This document shows positions 20,656-30,510 of a DNA stretch of 64,000 nucleotides, piece by piece; the stretch's first letter is position 1, and the number at the start of each line of letters is the position of its first letter. The translations under genes were made by a program, and so were the position numbers. The notes under the pieces are model-generated. The model made no database searches. It saw only the letters and a list, made by a program, of their open reading frames with translations, and had not been told where the DNA came from. Location of the stretch: positions 128,001 through 192,000 of IMG/VR virus record IMGVR_UViG_3300048591_000242; one strand, given 5' to 3'. This DNA is from a virus (Duplodnaviria; Caudoviricetes).

Positions 20656-21443
20656 TTACTCGAGAATTAGGCGAGAAGGTGGCTGTCAGCATAGGCACTG
20701 CCATACCGATAGAGGAGCAGCTACTAAAGGAAAGTTTACCTATTAGTCATTTGTGGGTTAACCTTAGTACCATCTTTAGAAACTTATACGAAGCGTATGA
20801 TGATCCACAGATGATACCCAGGGGCAACCTTATAGGTGAGTTTATTGAGGAGTTGGAGAATATAGCTGGTTTGTTAAGTGGGATAGTGGAAGTGGTCTTC
20901 TATTCTACGGATTCTAGTTACCTACAACAGAAGTTCCCGCACGCTAATGTAAAGGTACCTACTACACCCAAACAGAAGTTATACGCCAACATGGAGCGTT
21001 TGGCTATAGCCGCTGCCACTAACAAGAAAACAGTACCTATAATTAAATGCAAATTAAAAATACCCGGTGATAATACTAGAGCATGGATACTAACCCATCA
21101 TCCTTTAGATTTAATCTCCAGGTATGAGTTTTCCGAATTGACATTACTTAGTAGCCACACCGGATCACTTAAGAAACCGGTAGAGTGGATAGCTAAGCTT
21201 ACTGCTAATCCGGAATATTTAAACATGCCGTTTAACCTACTTACTATACAGGTAGTAGGTGATAGGGCCACACAGTTTAAAGCCGGTAGCGCTATCTTTA
21301 GAAAGATGTTACTTAATGTAGCTAAGGGTGCTAACTGGAAACCAACTACTACCAGATCTAAAGTTAACCACGACTTGGATAAAATAATCGTCCCAGATGT
21401 AAGGGATATCTTTAAGAAAATGTTAAACGTAAAATTAACATAA
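20652..21443 (+). CDS. conserved core protein (phiKZ gp66-like position), possibly 5'-nuclease fold
   Basis: G...VSIGT, WVNL.T.FRN, LTHHP.DL and L.SHTG; overlaps sbcD. Confidence 0.55.
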   Translation: MITRELGEKVAVSIGTAIPIEEQLLKESLPISHLWVNLSTIFRNLYEAYDDPQMIPRGNLIGEFIEELENIAGLLSGIVEVVFYSTDSSYLQQKFPHANVKVPTTPKQKLYANMERLAIAAATNKKTVPIIKCKLKIPGDNTRAWILTHHPLDLISRYEFSELTLLSSHTGSLKKPVEWIAKLTANPEYLNMPFNLLTIQVVGDRATQFKAGSAIFRKMLLNVAKGANWKPTTTRSKVNHDLDKIIVPDVRDIFKKMLNVKLT

Positions 21444-21462
21444 TTGTGCTAGGAGAATATAC

Positions 21463-22242
21463 ATGACTACATTTAAAGCTATACCCAAGAAAAACGTAAC
21501 GGATGACCCTAAGTTAGCTCTGTTTGGGGAACCTTGGAGAGAAGGGGATTACAGTAAGAAACCTAGTATGAAGTTGAGAGTAATCAACTCTACGGGTAAT
21601 CCAAAATCGGAAGTAAAACAAAGCACAGTCGGTGTTTGGATTACCGTATATTTAAATCATCCAGATGAAAATGATGATGCAAAGAAAATTGACATCAAAA
21701 TGGATGCGGTCATATCGTCTACATTTATAGCTGCTATAGAGCGAGCTATAAAGAACCGAGAAGCCACTATGTTGGGTATAGATAACATGGGGTATACCTT
21801 TGTAGGGGGCAACAAGTCAGATAAGCCCACTAGCCTGGGTAAGGTATTTGTGGGTAGAAACGGTGAGGGAGTATTGTGTCTGGTGGTAGATGCACCCAAT
21901 AGACCAAGGGCTTTATTTCCGTTTACACCTACCTTTTGGTGGGCCCTTATTAATAAGAACGGGGATAAAATATCTGCCGTAGAGGCCTCTGAGTTGGTAG
22001 CAGAAGGCTGGGTAGCCATAGTGCGTCCTTTACTAGCTATGGCTGTAAAGGAAACCTACGACGACAAAGAAGCTGCACACAGAAAAGCTGAATTGGAGGC
22101 AAATCGTAACTCACAAGGCAATAGCGGTGGTTACAGCAAGCCGTATGAGAAGAAGAGCTACGATGACAAAAAGAGCTATGAAAAGAAACCGTATAACAAC
22201 CCAAAGCCAACCACCACAGATGTCTTTGATAGCATTCATTAA
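21463..22242 (+). CDS. chmC: ChmC-like nucleus-associated nucleic-acid-binding protein (phiKZ gp67-like position)
   Basis: Synteny upstream of the gp68/PicA homologs; about 260 aa with a low-complexity K/Y/S/N tail. Confidence 0.6.
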   Translation: MTTFKAIPKKNVTDDPKLALFGEPWREGDYSKKPSMKLRVINSTGNPKSEVKQSTVGVWITVYLNHPDENDDAKKIDIKMDAVISSTFIAAIERAIKNREATMLGIDNMGYTFVGGNKSDKPTSLGKVFVGRNGEGVLCLVVDAPNRPRALFPFTPTFWWALINKNGDKISAVEASELVAEGWVAIVRPLLAMAVKETYDDKEAAHRKAELEANRNSQGNSGGYSKPYEKKSYDDKKSYEKKPYNNPKPTTTDVFDSIH

Positions 22243-22250
22243 TTAACTAT

Positions 22251-22289
22251 TTTAGGTAAAGGGCTTAGGCTCTTTACCTAAAGTATGCC
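22251..22289 (+). terminator. hairpin plus TATGCC motif
   Basis: tttaggtaaagggc-ttag-gctctttacctaaa, then tatgcc. Confidence 0.7.
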
Positions 22290-22303
22290 TGGAGTACTGT
22301 AAA

Positions 22304-22852
22304 ATGAATAGTGAAAAAACAGTTAACATGCACACGGATATAGATGTGGCTAGATACTTATTAGCTACAGAAAACGCCAAACATATGTTTCTGGCATTAA
22401 GGGAAGCCATGTCGCCCTATGGCCAAGTAGATATGACCGTACATTGTGGCATATATACCAACAATGACAATCTGCTAGCAGCCATGTACAACTTATGTAT
22501 ACCTCTGGATTGCGTAAGAAACAATGAGGGCATAGGCAGTATAGTGTTGACGGTAGATAATAGGATATGCCCTACCTACAGATACGATCGTGAGAACAGA
22601 GTACTGGTGTTCGATATGGCCCATAACGGAAAACATGTTAAGGTACAAATACCGCCTATTCTAATTATGGGTATGTGCGTGCGGGATTATCCTAGCACTA
22701 GAGTTAGTGTATCTAACTATGGGATAAATGAGTTTATCTCTGTAGCCGGAGATATGGCTATTACTAAATGCCCTGAGACCATATACAAAAGAACGTTAAT
22801 AAAGGGACAGAAGAATTTACCAGATAACGTGGTTTCTATATTCAACAAATAA
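22304..22852 (+). CDS. sspB: SspB-like ClpXP adaptor, paralog 1
   Basis: GSIVLTV...RVLVFDMAHNGKHVKVQIPPILIMGMCVRD aligns by eye to SspB GQIVLNI...EVRFNARFGGIPRQVSVPLAAVLAIYARE; tail NVVSIFNK. Confidence 0.6.
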   Translation: MNSEKTVNMHTDIDVARYLLATENAKHMFLALREAMSPYGQVDMTVHCGIYTNNDNLLAAMYNLCIPLDCVRNNEGIGSIVLTVDNRICPTYRYDRENRVLVFDMAHNGKHVKVQIPPILIMGMCVRDYPSTRVSVSNYGINEFISVAGDMAITKCPETIYKRTLIKGQKNLPDNVVSIFNK

Positions 22853-22864
22853 TGAGGTTTTACT

Positions 22865-23422
22865 GTGACTGATAATCTACCTTACCTTGAGTGTAACACT
22901 GAGCGATACCTAGCCAGCACTATAGCGGCTAAAGATTTATTTATGCATATGCGAAGCATTATGTCCAAGTATGGTACAGTACATGCCGCTATAAACTGTG
23001 GTACCTTTGTGAGTCCAACTGAGTTTATACCGGCGATGACCAATCTTAAAGTACCACAACCATACATAGAAAATCGAAATGGTGCCGGTGTCATGATTTT
23101 GTCTGTATCAGAAGGCTCGTGCATTCATTACGACTATGATCTGTCTAAACGAGTTTTTGTTTTTAATTTGAGTTTCGGAGGTGTAGCCACTGTAGTACAT
23201 ATACCGCCTATTTTAATAGTGGGTCTGTATGTTAAAGACCACCCAGCTACTGTATCTACCATATCTACATACTCACGAGATGAGTTTATTGGGGTAGCCA
23301 ACGGTATGGCAGTTGGTATATGTCCAGATGAGGTCTATAGAAATTTGTTTCTACCGGTACATGAACCTGTAGGTAATGTAGTTAGTATATTCGATAAAAG
23401 CAAGGGTAAGCCGTCTAAGTAG
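22865..23422 (+). CDS. sspB: SspB-like ClpXP adaptor, paralog 2
   Basis: GVMILSV...FVFNLSFGGVATVVHIPPILIVGLYVKD; tail GNVVSIFDK; clear paralog of the previous gene. Confidence 0.65.
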   Translation: MTDNLPYLECNTERYLASTIAAKDLFMHMRSIMSKYGTVHAAINCGTFVSPTEFIPAMTNLKVPQPYIENRNGAGVMILSVSEGSCIHYDYDLSKRVFVFNLSFGGVATVVHIPPILIVGLYVKDHPATVSTISTYSRDEFIGVANGMAVGICPDEVYRNLFLPVHEPVGNVVSIFDKSKGKPSK

Positions 23423-23475
23423 TATTTAACGGTACCTACGTATTGGGTAGACCCGTTTTAATAGAATGACAGGTA

Positions 23476-23502
23476 TATATTACCTACATGTAAACCAACC
23501 AC
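23476..23502 (+). promoter_or_regulatory. TATATTAC-N12-CAACCAC element
   Basis: Exact bipartite match. Confidence 0.7.
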
Positions 23503-23516
23503 GCTAGGATGTTATC

Positions 23517-24953
23517 ATGGAAATAAAAATGAGTGAAATTGAAAAGAATATTCTTTTCGTCACCCACAGAGGGGAGAGTATTCGGTGCCCTACCTCCGGA
23601 TACTTTAAGAAACTATCAACCACAGGCAATAGCTTTGACCCATTAAACGAATACTGGGCCACACTTAGCACGCTGCATCAAGACGCCATATATGCGCTAT
23701 ACGCTGAAGCCAATATGGTTATCGAGGAAACCAATAGTTTTGACAGAACTAAAGCCGATTTGACTGATATCGTAGCTAGACTGTTTGATTTAATAGACTA
23801 CGGTCATCTAACTGATTGGGTACTTAGATATGGTAAGATTTCTTACAACAAAGATATCGCTACGTCCTATAGTGGTGTCTATGAAGAAAGATTAACTTAT
23901 CTAAAAGACGACTATGATGGTCTGGTTGTGCTATCCATGTTCTTTAAGATGCTTACACCTATATGGGGTTTATTCTCTGATACTTCACCTAATTTGGATA
24001 TGGGGTTTAAGGAGATAAATGCATTAGAGATGATGGATACGTCTAAGGTACATTCATTACCGGCCATGGCCAGATTAAAGGACTATTGTGAGGCATTGGT
24101 AAATAAAAACAAGAAGGGGATGACTCCTGCTATACTGGGTAGACATATTGGTACCAGTGAGGTACCTAAGTACTTTTTGGCGTTAGCCGTCGTGCGCAGG
24201 TTAGCGATAGGTGACATTAGAGACAACAAAGACACGTTGATAAAACTGGTTTATAAGTTTCTAAAGTCAAATATAGAAAACCTTAGCAAGGGTGTCAGGG
24301 ATAAGCGTGGGTACAGTAGTGACCCAGATGACCCAGAGTCAGTAGCAGAAAGATATCGTATTTCTCAGAGGGTACCAGATAACGATATTACTACTGCCGA
24401 GTCTTATGTAAAAGACATAGCTAGGTTTGTAACCGATGTATCGCCTACGGGTAATGTAGATAAAGCTATCGCTTATGTAAACGCTATTAAAAATAGCGCT
24501 AGCTTTAGCATAGCTGGATTTCACATACAGTTCATGGGACTAGTTTGTGATAGGGTTATAAGTCCTAGGACATGCAGATTAATGTCAAGAAATAGTTATT
24601 TAACTGTTTTGGGAGTTACCGCTGGTTGGTTATCTGATAACGGGTATCAACTACTGGCCAACATTATAATGTCGCCTAGATATGAAAGAGACCCTGAAGC
24701 CATGCAAATGCATTCGGTATCTGGTTTTGCTTTTACTGGATTAATTAAGGAAAACCGTGAAGCCTTGGATGCTATTTATAGCCACCAACAGCTAGACTTA
24801 CAGGGTAAATCTAAGGGTAACCCTGGAGTAATGATGATTGATATGATCGTGGAAGAAATAAATTCTTACGATTGGGATGAAACGTTAGTCGTACCACAGA
24901 ACATAAGGAACGACATAGCTGCACTGTTATTATACCGGGAGAACGCGCTGTGA
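23517..24953 (+). CDS. nvRNAP specificity (sigma-like) subunit, phiKZ gp68-like
   Basis: 478 aa; synteny between ChmC-like and PicA-like genes; N.YW..L, Y...DY..LV.LS, and E.YRI motifs. Confidence 0.75.
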   Translation: MEIKMSEIEKNILFVTHRGESIRCPTSGYFKKLSTTGNSFDPLNEYWATLSTLHQDAIYALYAEANMVIEETNSFDRTKADLTDIVARLFDLIDYGHLTDWVLRYGKISYNKDIATSYSGVYEERLTYLKDDYDGLVVLSMFFKMLTPIWGLFSDTSPNLDMGFKEINALEMMDTSKVHSLPAMARLKDYCEALVNKNKKGMTPAILGRHIGTSEVPKYFLALAVVRRLAIGDIRDNKDTLIKLVYKFLKSNIENLSKGVRDKRGYSSDPDDPESVAERYRISQRVPDNDITTAESYVKDIARFVTDVSPTGNVDKAIAYVNAIKNSASFSIAGFHIQFMGLVCDRVISPRTCRLMSRNSYLTVLGVTAGWLSDNGYQLLANIIMSPRYERDPEAMQMHSVSGFAFTGLIKENREALDAIYSHQQLDLQGKSKGNPGVMMIDMIVEEINSYDWDETLVVPQNIRNDIAALLLYRENAL

Positions 24954-26446
24954 GCTTAACAAATACCATAGAGTTAGTAAAGGCCTCATTCATAGGTGTA
25001 CCCTGTGAGGCAAACATGCACTATCGCCCATACAAGGCGACATTAGATACCGCTACATTAAATGAGGTAGCAGAAACTACCAGAGGTGGCACTAATATAG
25101 GGTCCAATGCATTTAGCGGTGTAGCTGGCAGAATCTTAGCGCCATCGAGTCAGTCTATGGGGGGTCTAATGATTCCATACGGCTGGGATCAGCGACGCTA
25201 CAGTGTTGTACTGGAGTTTGATGTGATAACGCCATTTGCCGTCGAGCGCTCTATTATAACTGGATATACCGGTTATGATGAGATCACTGCAACTGGCCAT
25301 TTAGATCCAAATATGCCCATATTTGTAAACAGTCACACCATAGCTACCGCTACTGCATTTAAGGATCAAATGGGTATTCGTCGTAACGCCTATAGAAGTA
25401 ATGGGGCCAAGCAAGTACTTAGTGGTGTACAGTACATTAACAATACTGACGGTAGTGTTAATACGGCTAGTACACCAATGCGTCCCTCAGATGCTTTGTT
25501 ATACAAACAAAGACAAGAGATGTGTCTGCTAAATAACGTTGTAGACGCTCGCTCTATGTTGGGAGATGGATATTTGTCATCTAACCGAGATAACGTTATT
25601 GGCAGTAAGTATTTATCTAAGGTCTGTATGGGCTATAGACAGGCGGCCTTATCCAATAGCGAGTATGCTGATACCGATGCGGTTATTTATGGAGATGCTG
25701 CTGAGGTATACGGTGTAGCTGAAAGCAACATAAACAAATCTTTGTTATTCCAAAGACTGAAGGCTCTTACTAGTTACGGACATAACAACTCCATAACTGT
25801 AGGTGAATTGGCTAGCGTATGGCCACAGATTCATGACGATACCACTAAAACGGTTATTCACATGACTCCTGGGCTACCAGAGACTACAGCTAACTGTAAC
25901 AACCACTGGGGTGGTGCTATAAAGGAAACTGCATTGGCATATATGCTTTGTCAATCAGTACCTGCATTGATGAGTACTTTACTATTTAGTGAGTTCTCTT
26001 TTGCTATGGATAACAAAACTATGGACGGCAGCGTACGTATAGCTCTATTAGGCATGCCTAAGTTCATTGTACCGATTCCAGATGACTTACATCGAATCCA
26101 GGCTATGGAGAGTAATCTAGTATCTGACGTAGCCGCACAAATTACTTCTAGTGGTGTAACTGATTTTGATGTAGTTATGACCTGTAGGATAATCGGTAGC
26201 AATCAAGTTACCATTTCTGTCAACGGAGGGGAAAGAATACCCTATAGCGCTCCGGCTTACTGTGATGCCATATACACACCTGTAATGGGTGAGAGCGCCG
26301 ATTCATTAGTTAATTTAGGTAATGACATCGGTTATATGCTACATGGTATATTTGGAGACAGCCACAATAGGTCCAATATACAGCAGCCTGCGGTAGCGTG
26401 GGATGACATTAACGATACACCCGACATATACCTAGGGGGAATGTAG
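24950..26446 (+). CDS. picA: PicA/Imp1-like nuclear import factor (phiKZ gp69-like)
   Basis: 498 aa, coupled to the gp68 homolog; RPY, GW...R..F.LE and GYT motifs. Confidence 0.65.
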   Translation: MSLTNTIELVKASFIGVPCEANMHYRPYKATLDTATLNEVAETTRGGTNIGSNAFSGVAGRILAPSSQSMGGLMIPYGWDQRRYSVVLEFDVITPFAVERSIITGYTGYDEITATGHLDPNMPIFVNSHTIATATAFKDQMGIRRNAYRSNGAKQVLSGVQYINNTDGSVNTASTPMRPSDALLYKQRQEMCLLNNVVDARSMLGDGYLSSNRDNVIGSKYLSKVCMGYRQAALSNSEYADTDAVIYGDAAEVYGVAESNINKSLLFQRLKALTSYGHNNSITVGELASVWPQIHDDTTKTVIHMTPGLPETTANCNNHWGGAIKETALAYMLCQSVPALMSTLLFSEFSFAMDNKTMDGSVRIALLGMPKFIVPIPDDLHRIQAMESNLVSDVAAQITSSGVTDFDVVMTCRIIGSNQVTISVNGGERIPYSAPAYCDAIYTPVMGESADSLVNLGNDIGYMLHGIFGDSHNRSNIQQPAVAWDDINDTPDIYLGGM

Positions 26447-27819
26447 TGAAACCTATAGTAAAGTTCTATAAACAATTTTTACAAGACTTAGGCCTTACCA
26501 TTGGTGACGATGATGAGGTGATGTTGGTGGTAAAGGGACATGACCCTATACACATTAAAGTGAACGTTAAACGGGGTAAAGTATTTAAGCAGTTGCCTTT
26601 GTACTTACCCACTGACAGACATTTAAACGTGGATAATGGGGATAAGGTCTATTTTCATCCAGCAGGGGAGAGTTGTTCTCGCGGGCAAAGTGAGGTATTT
26701 AATGCTACACTTAAAATTGCTACTGAACGTATGTTTGCAGCAGTTACCTGTACAGTAGATAGTTTGCTTAAGCTGTGTGCCGATAGGGAGGCGCATAGTA
26801 ACTCTAATGTTACTGTAGAGGCAGTGGAGCTATTAAGAGACGTAGGGGATGTATCTAAGCCTACAGTAGAGCAGTGGAAATCTTTATTTAAGAAGACTAC
26901 TGGGTATACTGGGGAAAGACCGATTATGTCGGTAGTAGTAGGTAGAAATAAAACCATAGATAAGGTTAGTTATTCTAGAATCTGTGGTGTGCGTTTACCT
27001 ATATTAGACAGTGCTGACATGTATGACATAAAGCTAACTAAGACTGCCCAGATGGCAATACGTAAGTCATTTGATTTGGTTTTAGGTAGTGAGCCTTGTG
27101 TTAACGGTAGTAACTCTCCTACAGCACCATACTTCATGGCATTGGCCAAAACCTATCATCAAGTAATGACCAGCGTTATGTCTGTGGTTCGTATTATAGA
27201 GCCATACATGCATGGTGAAGTTAAGTTTGATGGCCGGTGGCTAAAATCTCTGGATAAACTACATGACTGGTATAGAAACGACTTCTATATTCAGTTAGAA
27301 GGTAATTTGGGTTTAGGTAAGACCGTAGAGGAAGAAGACAAACCTGCAAGTAATACACAGGCTCCCCAACGTATCCTTACTGAAGCTAGACAGGACTCTA
27401 GTGAATCCAGTGTGCGTCCAGTACAAATGCCTACACAGCAGCACGTGGAGCCTATACAGGTACCGGTAAAAGAGCCTGTGCCAGATGACGGCATACCGAG
27501 ATTCAAACCACCCACTGGCGCTACGTTGCCTCCTCCATTACCTGCATACCAGCAATATGGTTACGGGCAACAGCCACAAAACAACGATACTTACTTTGAT
27601 AGCCGTACCGGTACATACCGACCCAGGGGCAGCAACAATGTGGCGCCTAATCAGCAGCCGCAGTACCAGCAACCCCAGCAATATCCACCTGGGTACGCTC
27701 CACCACAACCACAGTACGTACCACCACCGACCTATCAACAACCACAACAGCCTATGGGTTATCCACCACAAGTGCAGCCTATAGCGTATGACCAATACGG
27801 GAGACCAATATACAGGTAA
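26446..27819 (+). CDS. conserved core protein (phiKZ gp70-like) with Q/P/Y-rich disordered tail
   Basis: FHPAGES..RGQSEV and APYF.AL motifs; low-complexity C-terminal ~150 aa. Confidence 0.7.
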   Translation: MKPIVKFYKQFLQDLGLTIGDDDEVMLVVKGHDPIHIKVNVKRGKVFKQLPLYLPTDRHLNVDNGDKVYFHPAGESCSRGQSEVFNATLKIATERMFAAVTCTVDSLLKLCADREAHSNSNVTVEAVELLRDVGDVSKPTVEQWKSLFKKTTGYTGERPIMSVVVGRNKTIDKVSYSRICGVRLPILDSADMYDIKLTKTAQMAIRKSFDLVLGSEPCVNGSNSPTAPYFMALAKTYHQVMTSVMSVVRIIEPYMHGEVKFDGRWLKSLDKLHDWYRNDFYIQLEGNLGLGKTVEEEDKPASNTQAPQRILTEARQDSSESSVRPVQMPTQQHVEPIQVPVKEPVPDDGIPRFKPPTGATLPPPLPAYQQYGYGQQPQNNDTYFDSRTGTYRPRGSNNVAPNQQPQYQQPQQYPPGYAPPQPQYVPPPTYQQPQQPMGYPPQVQPIAYDQYGRPIYR

Positions 27820-27829
27820 TGGCATAAAG

Positions 27830-27860
27830 ATACTCACTCCCACTAAAAGGGAGTGAGTAT
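27830..27860. terminator. hairpin between convergent genes
   Basis: atactcactccc/gggagtgagtat; ggcata at 27821 reads tatgcc on the minus strand. Confidence 0.7.
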
Positions 27861-27881
27861 ACTTATCGCTCTATTTTATTT

Positions 27882-28226
27882 TTATAATCTACCACTAGCA
27901 CTAAGGTGTCTATCCAGAATACCAGTTATGGTGGAAGGTCTAATTATTTTGATTTGCATGTTTGGGTCTAGATAGTCGCCACTGGAATGTAATTCATTTA
28001 CTCTTAGAGTTATCCAATGTAAATGCTCTCTTACACCTAGCTCTATAAGTAATCCAGTAAAGTCACCTTTGTATTTACTGTACTGTCTGCCACTAGGAGT
28101 CTCTACTCTTTCTATGCCACTTACACGAATTAAATCTAAATGATCTTCTATTACTTGACGAAATTCAGGACTATGAAACTCAACAGGGCCCATATCCCTG
28201 GCTGTTCTTATAATAGACATTGTCAT
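27882..28226 (-). CDS. conserved hypothetical protein
   Basis: KY.GDF.GLL.ELG...HW...RVN motif seen in phiKZ-like phages (recall). Confidence 0.65.
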   Translation of the reverse strand: MTMSIIRTARDMGPVEFHSPEFRQVIEDHLDLIRVSGIERVETPSGRQYSKYKGDFTGLLIELGVREHLHWITLRVNELHSSGDYLDPNMQIKIIRPSTITGILDRHLSASGRL

Positions 28227-28281
28227 GTTGTTATACCCTAGATTATGATTTATATATTATCGTCTAACCGATTGTTAAGTA

Positions 28282-28308
28282 TATATTACTTAAATGTAAG
28301 ACAACCAC
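28282..28308 (+). promoter_or_regulatory. TATATTAC-N12-CAACCAC element
   Basis: Exact bipartite match. Confidence 0.7.
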
Positions 28309-28321
28309 TATAAAAGGAGAA

Positions 28322-30415
28322 ATGTTCATGGGCAAACGTACCCTAACACTAGAAGAAAGAAAGGTACCCCTAACCAGAAGAACACATGGCACCATAGCGA
28401 CTTTATCTAGTACCACTACGTTCGATAGTGCCTCCAGGGTACAAATGGCTAGTGTACAGGCAGGTCAAGCCCTAGTGCCACACAAGTCAGATATACCAAG
28501 AATGTTACCTGGATTTGAAGATCAGTTAGCCAAATACACTTTTGGCGTAAAAGCACCAGATGATCTTAAGATTGTCTCAGTAATAAGTAAGTATAGCGGG
28601 GGCTTAGGCGCACATGCCATAAAGTCAAACCCCCTCATAACGGTAATTTATGTAAGTCTGAATACTGGGGAATATGGTTGCTTCCATATAGAGCAATATC
28701 AAAACCAGAGTGAGCGAGTACATGAGACTTTTGGCTTCAAATACAAACTTACTCCTAAAGCCAAGAATTTACACGTTAACATGTGTTTAGAGAAAGGTGA
28801 AGTACTGTCTATCTCTCCCAATGTAGATGAACATGGATGGTACGCCACTGGTATATCAGCTAACGTAGCATACATGTCTACTCCAGCTACTACGGAAGAC
28901 GGATTTGAGATAAGTGATAGTCTATTGGAGAGAGCTAAGCCTACAGCTACTGGTTCTCGTGTAGCAGAATGGGGTAAGAAGTGTTATCCACTAAACATTT
29001 ACAATGAGGGCGATGACAAGTATCGCCCTTTCCCAGAGATAGGAGACCCGATTCGTGAGGATGGTCTGGTGTACGCCATGCGTGACTATGATGACGTTTT
29101 AGCTGGCTTAGACATGACCAACAAGTCTCTTTGTAAGGTGGACTTTGTACACGACGAGTGTGTCTACGGTAAACCAGGGGCTAAGGTATTTGATATAACT
29201 ATCTATACTACTACCAATGAAGGTAGACGTAGCCATAACACTCCATCTGGCATGGAAAAGCTTTGTGAGAAATACTCAAAGCAGCACAGTCAGTATTATG
29301 AAAAGATACTGGAGTGCTATGCTAGCATTAAGCGAGTAACTAATGGGGATTTTAAAATAACCCCAGAATTACAAAACTTAATAGTAAGGGCTAACGGGGA
29401 CATGCCTAACGTAGTGGTACGTAGACTGGAGGACAAGATACGTAAGAAAAATAGTATTATTAAAACTTGGCGAGCTAACCCTATAGATGAGTGGCGAGTA
29501 GAGGTGTTCTATGAGTATTTATTCCCTATAGGGGAAGGGGCTAAGTTTAGTAATCGCCATGGAAGTAAGGGGGTTATTTGTCGAGTCACAAAATCTGAAG
29601 ATATGCCTGTAGATGCCTTCGGTAACAGAGTAGATATAATTATCTATTCTAAAGGTTCTATCTCCAGACTAAACCCCGGGCAGTTTTATGAGCACTTCAT
29701 AAACGCGTGTTCTAGAGACGTCACTCTGGACATAAAGGCCATGATAGGTACTGGTGATAGAAAGGGAGCACTGAAGCATCTGTTGGAGTATTTACGCATT
29801 GCATCGCCTAGGTCATACGAGTTAATTGACTTTGATAATCAGGAGGAACTGGATGACTTATTGGATAGAGCGTGTAAGTATGGTATTTATGTATTCGCGC
29901 CCTCTGACGATAAGGATTTAGGCATAGCTACGTTCTTTAAGCTAATGGAGTTTCGACCACCAAATAAATCACAAGTAACATATCGTGATGTATCTGGTAG
30001 GTTAGTTACTACAGTAGAACCTATTTTGGTAGGGGAAGAGGACGTTATTGTACTAGATAAGCTAGATCATAAACCGATGGCTGTATCTGGTATAAGAAGA
30101 CAACATCATGGTTTCCCTGCTGTAGAGAATAAGAGTACTAAACATAGTACTCCTAGTAAGGAGCAGCCACCTAAGATTATCGGTGAGTCTGAGGCTAGGA
30201 CTGCGGCTGCCGTAATGGGTGGGGATGCAGTATCTGAGTTGTTGGATGTTACTACTAATCCAGAAACACACAGACGTACAGCGGCTGCTATATTCGAAGC
30301 AGAAAATCCAATGGACATAGCGGATTTGGTTGATAGAGAGAATCCTTCTACTGGTGGTAGAAGTATACAATTTATTAAGCATGTGCTTAGCTGTGCTGGC
30401 TATACGATAAAATAA
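28322..30415 (+). CDS. nvRNAP beta subunit C-terminal part (phiKZ gp71-73-like), uninterrupted
   Basis: SASRVQM, EDG..ISD, GAKFSNRHGSKGV, SRLNPGQ and IGESE motifs. Confidence 0.92.
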   Translation: MFMGKRTLTLEERKVPLTRRTHGTIATLSSTTTFDSASRVQMASVQAGQALVPHKSDIPRMLPGFEDQLAKYTFGVKAPDDLKIVSVISKYSGGLGAHAIKSNPLITVIYVSLNTGEYGCFHIEQYQNQSERVHETFGFKYKLTPKAKNLHVNMCLEKGEVLSISPNVDEHGWYATGISANVAYMSTPATTEDGFEISDSLLERAKPTATGSRVAEWGKKCYPLNIYNEGDDKYRPFPEIGDPIREDGLVYAMRDYDDVLAGLDMTNKSLCKVDFVHDECVYGKPGAKVFDITIYTTTNEGRRSHNTPSGMEKLCEKYSKQHSQYYEKILECYASIKRVTNGDFKITPELQNLIVRANGDMPNVVVRRLEDKIRKKNSIIKTWRANPIDEWRVEVFYEYLFPIGEGAKFSNRHGSKGVICRVTKSEDMPVDAFGNRVDIIIYSKGSISRLNPGQFYEHFINACSRDVTLDIKAMIGTGDRKGALKHLLEYLRIASPRSYELIDFDNQEELDDLLDRACKYGIYVFAPSDDKDLGIATFFKLMEFRPPNKSQVTYRDVSGRLVTTVEPILVGEEDVIVLDKLDHKPMAVSGIRRQHHGFPAVENKSTKHSTPSKEQPPKIIGESEARTAAAVMGGDAVSELLDVTTNPETHRRTAAAIFEAENPMDIADLVDRENPSTGGRSIQFIKHVLSCAGYTIK

Positions 30416-30465
30416 ACCATAAACTATCTAGTACTACAGCCATACTTTGGAGACAGTACTAGATA

Positions 30466-30492
30466 TATATTACCTTTTGAGTATACAACCAC
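30466..30492 (+). promoter_or_regulatory. TATATTAC-N12-CAACCAC element
   Basis: Exact bipartite match. Confidence 0.7.
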
Positions 30493-30510
30493 TAGTTAGG
30501 AGAAGAATAA

